From NCBI GenBank assembly GCA_030141605.1, contig JAQGDQ010000103.1, positions 1-64,000 of the forward strand: 64,000 nt of DNA, in the 5' to 3' direction. Below the pieces are notes generated by a model that saw only the letters and a list, made by a program, of their open reading frames with translations, made no database searches and was not told the DNA's origin. Made by a program: the position numbers and the translations under genes. This stretch comes from Tubiluchus corallicola (taxonomy: Eukaryota > Animalia > Priapulida). How positions within the stretch are numbered: position 1 is the stretch's first letter; each line of letters opens with the position of its first letter. This document shows, piece after piece, positions 54,505 through 64,000 of this stretch.

Positions 54505-54838
54505 TAGGGCTGAGCATTCTCTGCTAGAAAGGGAATTTGTGACTTTCGAACTCGAATCAAACCGAATTTCGAAGCCGAATTCAGTTTTAAAGATCTTCAA
54601 ACCACTAATAAAAAGCAGTCTCGCATATTGCTTGATATTATTCTGCAGCAACACTAATAGTTTGTTCGAAATTTTGACAATAATCACAATTAAACTGTGT
54701 TGACTGCATGATTATTTAAATGTTTTAATGATAAATAACGTGTGTAGTTGAAGTGAAGTGCTGATTTTATTGAATTTATAATTTTAGGTTCAAATTGAAT
54801 TCTTACATTCAAACTCGAACGTTCGATGCTCACCCCTA
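54505..54838. mobile_element. hAT-type MITE; partial reverse copy ~59945-60143
   Basis: TIR TAGGGCTGAGCAT / ATGCTCACCCCTA (12/13); 8-bp flanks ACAGCGTC and ACAGTGTT; internal TCGAA repeats. Confidence 0.75.
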
Positions 54839-56735
54839 ACAGTGTTGTTGAGAACTACGCCACTATGGCATATCTCGAGTTAAAGTGTTTTTACCCTCTT
54901 GCATGGATCTGCCCGCAAACTGGTTCTTGATTGTAAAAACGTAGTGTTAAATTTGCATCGTAATCAATTACCCATGTAATTGTCATTCAAGTCTATAGTA
55001 TAGCTGGCATCGTGCTGAATTGGCCTTGTGATTAGCTGAATTAGGCTTCTTTCATAGACCTATTTATATAGTAATTTTTCTGTGCTGAAGACCTTGCTAG
55101 CTTGCCAGCTCAAGCACGGCAACAACTGTCTAAGCTAAACTAAACAACATGACAGTCACACCTAATGTCTAATCAGTAGATAGACTGATTGCTCTTTTTC
55201 ATAAACACGAATTTGCAGAACAGCAGCTATTTTAGCACGAAATTAACGCTTCAAGTAGCCAAAAATGACTTTTAAATTTAAACAGAATGTAGAGACGAAG
55301 TTTCAAAGCACTACAAAATACAGAGAGATATATAAATAATAAAGAAACTAAGCTAGTTTGCTTTGCTTTGCAAGAGCAACAAAAATATTAAGTCTGTCTT
55401 GCCTTTTAAACATACGAACATCAAGCCTGCGATGTATTTTTCTATTTTAATTGATCATGCGCTCGTCTGCAAGATTTATCAAGTTTTAGTATCTTTCCGT
55501 TTGTCAGGCTACGGAAATGGAATAAATTTGACTGTTCCGTTCCATAGACGGCCCTTATATTGAATGTCCGAGTCACAGGCGTCCCAATGGCATCTTTTAA
55601 CCATGATTATAACCAGAAAAGTAGCGTAAAATTAGCTTATATTACATTGATGTATAATATAGGTTTTGACCACATTTGAATTAATTTTGACTGTGAAAAT
55701 TTCATTGAGGTTTTTAATAACTGGACAGAGAAGAACACATTTTATTTTGTCCTTATTTAAAGTTAATCAAATAGTTGTTTTTATCTAACTTGCAAAGCCA
55801 TAAACTAAACTAAACTAAGTATTTTCTTGACTGCAACATGATTTAGTCCTCAACTCATAGACGTTAAACGTTGTGCATTTCTTCCTATAAACGAAACTAG
55901 ACTATATATTTCCACTAATTCATTGCAATTTCAATTGCAATAACAAAATCTAGAACCAGGCCAATGAATGAAAAGTTGAGCATTTTTTATAACAGTGTTA
56001 GACGGAGCTGTAGTTAAATGTCCCGAACGTACCTGCTGGAGGGGTGTGTGAAATAACTTGCACGCTGATTGGGCAGTCAGCGAAAATGACTGACATTATG
56101 TTAGACGGCAATTAAGCCTAGTGTAAAAAGTTACAAACTTTCCGTGGCGGATTATGTCTTTACACTAAGCCTTTTCACAGTTCTAGCGATAGATTATGAT
56201 AGTGAAAGGTCAAAGATTAAGTCTATAAGACAACGCATTTGTGCACACTTGACAACACCTCGCAGCCCTTGCTGTTGTAATAGTAATAGTTTTAACAGCT
56301 ACCTAGAACCTTACCTAGTTCACACTTTCTTGTTTCCAAACAAGATACTGCCAGTAAGTTACTCTACACACAGACTAATGTATAATTAAGTAAAGTTCGC
56401 GTAAAACAATTGAAGTTACTGAATTGTTGCGACAGACGGCTTTGCTTTACCCACACATCACGTGACTGTTGCAGTTAAGATGCGTTGCTGTGGTACATTT
56501 AACCTTTGACCTACAGCAACTGCGTGTGCACACAACGAAACTTTGAAAAGGATTATTGCTTGGTAATGAAAACTACAATCAGTAAACAAACAGTCATATT
56601 ATACAATATACATACATAATTATCATTTTGTTACTGTTTTTTGCACTAGCTGTCGCTGTTATCGAGCTGAAGTCACCATATCTATTTTACTGTTTTTTTT
56701 TATAATCTAGTCTGCTAGGTCATAGATGGCAAAAT

Positions 56736-59700
56736 TCATTCTTGTTGGATTGGAGTAGCTATGAACGCTGATGATTTCATCGTTTCTGATCCAGAAGCAG
56801 GTGAGGGAGAAGGATAAACTCTGCTGCCTACTCCAGTGATTCCTTTGCCAGCAGTCAGCGTCTTACTTGATGCGTCGCTTTCAGGCGTGCCAATCTTTAT
56901 CATGTAAAACTAAAATAACAGTGAGATTGTCAGTCTACACAGAAAGAGCACAGTAAAAAAATCTGCAGTCGTGTTCATATTAATCCAAAATAAAGTGTTA
57001 GTGATGGAATATTGTATGAAGTTGTAAGTGTTACAACTGATTAACCAAGACGTTCATATTTGTCTGGCAGCAGCAGCTGTAAGGTGTTCATATTTGTCTG
57101 GCAACAATTATTGCAATATGTTCATATTTATCTACTAGCAACAGCAGTAAGATGTTCATATTTGCCTGGCAGCAACAGTGGTAAGCTGTTCATATTTACT
57201 TGGCAGCAACAGTTGTAAGGTGTTCATATTTGTATGGCAGCAACAGTTGTAAGGTGTTCAATCATATTTGTCTAGCAGTAACAGTGGTAAGGCGCTCATA
57301 TTTGTCTGGCAGAACAGTTGTAAGGTGTTCATATTTGTCTGGCAGCAATTGTTGCAAGATGTTCATATTTATCTACTAGCAACAGCAGTAAGATGTTCAT
57401 ATTTGTCTGGCAGCAACAGTGGTAAACTGTTCATATTTACCTGGCAGCAACAGTTGTAAGGTGTTCATATTTGTATGGCAGCAACAGTTGTAAGGTGTTC
57501 AATCATATTTGTCTAGCAGTAACAGTGATAAGGCGCTCATATTTGTCTGGTAGCAACAGTTGTAAGTTGTTCATATTTGTTTGGCAGTGGGTCTCCTAAA
57601 TTACTTATTATTAAGCACCATAGGTTATAATCGTTTTATAGCAAGGGAGATTTGCTGCACAAATTGTCTGCAGCTCAGATGCATCTGATTAGTTTGCTCT
57701 AATAGACAAGCAACTAGATGATCTTAAAATGGTAGAAACGCATAATCTCTTAAAGAGCAATTAAAAGCACCAGCGGTACTGAAAAGTTGTGGACTAACCG
57801 GGATTTGAACCCTAAACCTTGTGGTTTCAGGTTACACGCTCTAGCTATTTAGACTATCAATCCAAGTGACGAAGCATAATCTGAATTTTTATAATGGTCA
57901 ACACCTAATCAGTTGGCGCCATCTATCCATAAAGTGAGAAACCAGTTATTTAATAATGGTGTTTAGTTTACAATGCGGTTATTAAGACATGAGGACGTGG
58001 TAAATAATATTTTACCTTTGGTACAAATATAAGCAACAACGTCATAGCCGTTGGCACTTGCAGCTGAATGACATGAATAAGATAGATCAAGTCTGGTCCA
58101 ACAGTACCCAACATTACCTGCCTAGAAAAAAATACACAAATAAGTTAAATTAAGTCTGGTCCAACAGAATCCAGCATTAGCTGCTTAGAAAAATGAGTGA
58201 ATAACTTAAATCATTTCTGCTACAACAGAGTCCAGCATTACCTGCCTGGAAAAGTGTATGAATAAGTTAAATCAGATCTGGACCAACAGTACTCAACACT
58301 GCCAGCCTGGAAAACTACATGTTTATAAATACGAATAGGGTACCTAAATTTTGCATTAACTGTTCAAAACCCATTTAGTAAATTAAATAAAGTTCTGGGA
58401 CCAAAACTGATCTATTTCAACTATTGATCTGTGGATGCGTTTCATCCTGGTCATAACACACTTTATGAGCTCAAACACAATCATGTAACCAGCCTTATGA
58501 TTAATATTTTAATGACTCATATTTAGAAAAGTACTTTTACGTAGTGCGTGTGTATTAATTTATGAAATGAGACTTGTAATTTTCCTACCTTATGATGACA
58601 AGAAAGTTGCTGACAATGATCGTATTGTAAATTGCCCAAGAAATAAATTTGCTTTCGTTGAAACTAGATGGCGCTTTTCGAACACTGAAGCACAGGTAAG
58701 CACCCCAGAGCAGAAAGACTGCTTGCACTGCAAAAACGAAATACGACATACAGTATATTCTAAATGACATAAAGGAAGTGATCTATTTGGTTTTTGCAAT
58801 TATTGATATTTAACTTGTAACTTGAGGTGCGTCATTAAAAATATGGACAGACTATAAACATATTTACAAAACAGAATTAATTTGTAGGTAAATAATTTAA
58901 AACATGTTATAATTAGAAAATGGAGGTTTTTAGAGAAATGTAAAATTAATTGCAGTGCCATAAAACTCCTGTGCACATTTGCTTCACACAAATTTTTAAT
59001 CGTAGTAATTGATTCATATTGGTTATTTTGCACACTGTTCATAAAGTTACGGGTGACCACAGATATGAATAATTTTTAGTTGAATTACCAATTATTAAAT
59101 TATATTTACATATTCTACACAATATAAGTTCCACACATTCTTCCAAAACACGGAATGATAACAATGATTTACAATATACTTGATTAAAATATTTCTTGAC
59201 TTTAACAGTCTCCTTGCGAAATTAATACCCAGAGCTTCGCAAGGGGGTAGAATCTTCCTGTAAAATTTTCTAAACGCAGATCAAAGAGACATTCACTCTC
59301 TTATGTCTTTTGCAAAAGTCTCCTGCAGCTTGGAACAGGGTGAGTGTAGGAGTATAAAGTCACACGTCCTCTGACACGACCCTTGCAATCACTTTAGTCC
59401 ATGCTGCCCTGTCACCCGCAACTTTCCATGTCTCTGTATTTTTGATATTTAATGGTGTGTTGATAAGATCGTTTTGGATGAAATTGATGTAAGTCAGCAG
59501 CTGTCTTTCTTGTGGTTTACTTTTTTTCTGTAGTGCTTCTTTGAAAGCTAATTTAAATTGACTGTCATCTGGTAGTCGTATAACATGTCCTATCCATCTT
59601 AATCTTCTTTTTTTGATTTTAACTGTCCATTCCTTTGCCTTGACTTTATTATATGGACCCTGGCCTGATATTTTCTTTGGCCATTTTATTCCTAGAATGT

Positions 59701-62700
59701 TCCCGTAGTTTCTTCTTTGAAATGCATTGATTTCTGATTTGTGATGTGCTTTCATTTTCCACAATTTTCAGTTGTAGAGAAACGCAGTTTCCACAAGTGC
59801 AGCAAAGATTCTTAATTTTGTTTTTAGACTGATCCTCTTACTTTCAAAAAATTTTGTTTACTTGGAATATGCAGCTCATGCTAAGATCTTTCTTCTTGAT
59901 ATATCTTCATCTGTGCTAGAATACTGCCTAAGTATTTGCATTTTTATTACAGAACAAAATCAAGTAATACGGGTAATCTTTGCGAGACCGCTTTTTGTTA
60001 ATGGTTCGAAAATTTATTCCAAAATCTTTAAAATAGAATTCTATTTGGATACGAAAATGCGAATTTCGGCTTGATTCGAGTAAAGAATTGACAAATTCGA
60101 TTCGATTTTAGTTTGCTTTCTGCTAGAGAATGTTCTCTCCTAGTTTAAACTGTTGGTCAAATGTTGGCGACATTACCCGCTATGGTGAAAATTCGTTGTT
60201 CTAATAGCTACTAAGCCTTACCCATCTTAGCTACATGATCCCACCAGCTGGATGAGCAATAGTAAAATTTTAACTCGCCAGGTGTCAGCAGTGTATAGAT
60301 GTGTGGACAATCACTGAGCAGCCACGCTGACAGATATGCGATCACTGGCATCACGATTGGTATTAACCTCTTAGCCAGTTCGCGGTCACCAAGTCTGATT
60401 TGCTTTGCAGACTTGACCTTGAAAATTCTTGAAATCCTGCAATTACAGAAAAATGGCAGCTAAATAGATACGGTTTTTATGAAGGAAATTGCGGAAATTG
60501 CCAAATAATTTAAAATGTTTGTGCCAATTAGTAAAACATCACTTTGTTTACTATACCAGTGTGCACCAAAAACACTGGCTCACCGAAAACTACATTAACA
60601 ATCTTATTGACAGATAAACTAATTTATACGTTTGCTTAGTTACGAAGAGTGTCGTTCGAATGTTCTGATTATTTTTTCAAAAACTTTAAACGATGTCATC
60701 TAAACTTGTTTCGAACGGCTTACTGTCAGAATGCCCTAACGGTCATCGCAGGAGTTTAAATTTTAAGTTTAAGTTTTGTACTGCGTTTTTGCTAATACAA
60801 ACTCTGTGTGCAATAAGACAGCATGTAAGTTGTACAAAATTTCAAGACGTATTTTTCAAGTTTTATGTAAGTAAAGAGTTTTATTGTGCTTTAACCACAC
60901 TCACCGCCATGTTCGTAGCAGCAGAGCTCCATAAGTGAGAAAAAAGCCAAAGTTCTGCAGCCATGGAAGAATCATACAGAGTGCGTCACTTGGCCTAAAG
61001 AACAGCAAGACTCCTTCCATGCACATGGTAAACACACCAAATATTATGACGTAACAGAACAGGGGACTTGCTGCCTTTATAATCTAAAAAGTGCGTAAAT
61101 TGATGATCTTTAATGGTCATACACAGGGCCAGATTAAAACCACAAGAGGCCTGAAAAGCACTGAAATGATTATGGTATCTCCTTACACGTGTAATTCAGA
61201 ATAGAAAAAACACCGAACTGTGGAATGAAATTTTATCTTTCGAAATGGAAAAAACTTGCAGTAAGATTTATTTACGGTAGTGACGTTGTAATCATCACCA
61301 CCGTGAGATAAAATACATGCAGTCGAAAGCAACTTATCCTGTTTTCAGTATCGCCACGTTTTTATAAGCATTACCACACATGAAATATATTACGACACAT
61401 TATATAATCAATCAATGTTATCAATCAATCAAGGTTATCATATGGGCAGTGGTCAGCTCAGGCTGCTCAGTAGCCAAAATCTCGATGCCCAATTGCACAC
61501 CATATTCTAAACAAACACAGAAACCACCAAACATATTCCGGTATGTTTTACTTTTGGTAATTATCCGATTTGAAAACCTGTGCCGAGGAACCTCTTCCAC
61601 TGAGGCCCTGCGCAAGTCCTTATTTTACTTAATGGTTAATCCAGGGCTGAGCGTACACAATTGCTGATACACAGTGCACAACAGATTAAATACAATAGAA
61701 TTAATTAATATACATGGCAATGCATTGGTGTCGTTAAATGACACTCTATTTAGCATTTAGCCACGTTTCACTTAAGGACGCGTTTTATTGGAATGCATTG
61801 GCGTAGTTAAGCAAAGACTGTATTGTGTTTTCTAATTGCTATTATGAAAAATATGATTAACGCGGGCCATTCTTGGTACAAATCACTACAGATGTCTTCT
61901 TTCTTTTCTTGATAAGAACGCTTAAATACTTATTTGTCTTCTGATTAATAAACTCGTCTCATCGTCTGTGTGGTTTTATGTTAGAAAATATGGCGCGCTC
62001 CACTTGTTGGTCCCACGCACTTCAATCTCCTTCCCGTCCTCGATGCATCATCCCTCAAATCTACAGGTGTACATGCATTTGCTAAGTCTTTATGCAGTAT
62101 ATCTATATACGTAAGTGGCTGACCCCCTCTCGGCCTTTTGTAGTTGATTCATTTTAATTACAAAAAACTGTTGGGCATTAATTGGCCTGACAGAATATCC
62201 ACTGATGATCTATAAGATGTGGTGAAGAAGAATCCTTGGAGTAAACAAATCAAAGTAAGAAGATTGGGCTAAAGTTTACAATTCCTCACACACAAGAAAC
62301 TGGTTTGTGATGTGGATTAGGATTATGGTTAGGGTTGGGATTTGAGTTAAGGTTAGGATTAGGGTTGGGTTAGTGTTAGGGTTGGGTTATGGTATTTAAA
62401 TAGTGTGATGGAATTGTAAACTCCTCTCGAAGATTGCATTGGATTGGGCATGTACTAAGACTACCCCAAGAATCTCCTCTTCCTATTACCATTATAAAAA
62501 TATGTGTCAAATGAAATGCAATAGCGGGTTTCTGTTGCTTGCAGGAACTTGTTTTTTTTTATTGCAACGTCATTCATCATGCTTCTAGTAAATATTACTA
62601 TTCTGAAGATTGCTATTTTGAACGTACCGATTCAGCACGGCACCTGTATACGCATATTGCGATACACAAGGCCAGACAGATGTCGCCTAGTATGACAGCA

Positions 62701-62800
62701 AGAAGAATCAGTCGTCCCGCCATTTTGTATTCCGCCATACAGGCGGTGCCATCTTTGCAGGTGTCACAACCTTCTGCGCATTGTGAGCACTTGAAGCGTT
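56736..62800 (-). CDS. GPR158/GPR179-like class C GPCR, 5'-partial (Cys-rich region, 7TM, short C-tail)
   Basis: Phase-consistent exons 62800-62628 (CSQCAEGCDTC + TM1), 61083-60905 (IKAASPLF..GFFLTYGALLLRTWR), 60436-60222 (ISRIFKVKSA..KFYYCSSSWWD), 58727-58589 (FLLWGAYLCFSVRKAPSSFNESKFISWAIYN), 58121-58016 (..LLLIFVPK), 56909-56736 (tail, TGA). Confidence 0.92.
57050..57590 (+). repeat. ~34-bp minisatellite with a ~241-bp higher-order duplication
   Basis: GTGTTCATATTTGTCTGGCAGCAACAGTTGTAAG units; diagnostic variants recur ~241 bp apart. Confidence 0.9.
58088..58316. repeat. 61-63-bp tandem repeat (4 copies) spanning a GPCR exon/intron junction
   Basis: TCTGGTCCAACAG..CATTACCTGCCT(A/G)GAAAA units at ~58091, 58154, 58215, 58276. 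Confidence 0.85.
59090..59935 (-). mobile_element. 5'-truncated RTE-like LINE 3' fragment; small + strand remnant ~62150-62270
   Basis: ILGIKWPKKIS..IKKRRLRWIGHVIRLPDD..DRAAW, typical of the RTE ORF2 C-terminus; frameshifted upstream. Confidence 0.8.
61124..61649. mobile_element. Probable hAT-type MITE in a GPCR intron
   Basis: CAGGGCCAGATTAAAACCA...TGGTTAATCCAGGGCTG imperfect TIRs; flanks match 5/8. Confidence 0.5.
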
Positions 62801-64000
62801 CTGCGGTGAAGGTGTCTTTGTTACTGAAAGCATTTCAATAAGCCTTTTCATAGTTTCGTTGTGCGTACGTGCTGTTGCTGTAGATTCAAAGGTTACGTGT
62901 ACCACTGCAACGCGTTTAACTACAACCGTCACGTGATATGTGTGTAAAGCAAACCCATCTACCGCGTCAGTTCAGTGAGTTCAGTTGTTTTACGTGGAAT
63001 TTACTTAATTATGCATTAGTCTGTGCGTAGACTATTTTACTAGCAGGATGTTGCTTGGGCATAAGAAAAAACGAACTAGGTAAGGCTCTTGCTAGCTGTT
63101 AAAACTGTTATTATTACAACAGCAACAGCGGGACGTTGTCAAGTGTACCCAAATGCGTTGTCTGGTACACTTAACTTTTGACCTTTTTACGATTATCATC
63201 AATCGCTAGAACTGTGAAGAGGCTTATTGTTATAAAAGCAAAATTATTATAAACGCAGTGAAACTAGATGGTTAAGTTCCGAAGTGCTACAAACCTTTTG
63301 TATTGAACTTTGGGAATCATAAGTCGATTGAATTTTTTGTCTCTGCCCAAATAAATCTTTTTGGGTTACTTGCTTATGAAGTAACTCTATCAAGCGGTCT
63401 ATTTCGGCGCGATGCCGGTCTTGTTCTCGTTCTCGTTACTTTTCGTGTAACAAGTTTTTAGCCAGTTTTTATATAGTGACGTCACGACAGAGTTACGACG
63501 TTTTCTAAACTTTTATGAACAAACGGATTCCGCAGTAACGATAAATTCCATTCTAAATGACATATTCACGACAAAAAACGGAATCCATGACAAAATTAAT
63601 GGCGTTATTTATAATCTTAACGTCAACATTATCATTATTGGTGTTATATATCTACATTAATTAAATTTTGATATCAAATTCGAAAGTCAGGCGTTCTAAA
63701 TCACATTTTCATGCAGTTGGGTGAAAAAACCCAATAAGCGAGTAACACAATGCTACGCATTCAGAACTAATATGTTCTGCCGAACGGTTTCTTATTTTTT
63801 GGTTTTGTTTAAAATACGCTAAAAGGTAAGCGAGTATGTAGGTAAACTGAGTAAAATGTAAAACAGTAGGTGTGTTGTCCTGCTTGGGTGTGTGACGCAC
63901 AAATTGTCGTTATTTTTTGGCACTTAATCTGCTGGGTTACTGACAAAAGCAACGAAATAATGCATAACTTAGAATTAACTAGTTAAAGGAAAGCCACTCA

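Noticed and set aside
58728-58770. Extension of the GPCR exon to MSFRIYCMSYFVFA
   Set aside because: Only the acceptor at 58727 matches the phase-1 donor at 60222.
63709-63900. Possible upstream GPCR exon (ECVALCYSLIGFFHP)
   Set aside because: Stop follows immediately, no suitable donor, and the resemblance to the EGF-like region is weak.

Overview
AT-rich, intron-containing invertebrate (metazoan) genomic DNA; the species cannot be determined from the sequence. Three spliced host genes can be reconstructed from GT-AG boundaries and reading phase. (1) A plus-strand SLC22/organic-ion MFS transporter (exons 6188 to ~22941; first exon lies upstream of the window). (2) A minus-strand two-exon type-I membrane protein, signal-LDLa-5xCUB-LDLa-TM (52970 to 24807, 25.5-kb intron). 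(3) The 3' part of a minus-strand GPR158/179-like class C GPCR (62800 to 56736). Introns are packed with mobile DNA: a young APE-RT LINE fused tail-to-tail with a ~99% identical inverted copy, a full-length but disabled Ty3/Gypsy element with 244-bp LTRs and a TCAT TSD, and a Penelope-like inverted repeat carrying an apparently intact minimal hammerhead ribozyme. There are also tRNA-derived repeats, many MITE families and several minisatellites. Best leads: the intronic hammerhead, the LINE hairpin, tandemly duplicated 3' splice sites in the GPCR, and the LEV-10/SOL-1-like CUB protein. All calls are by eye; no searches were run.
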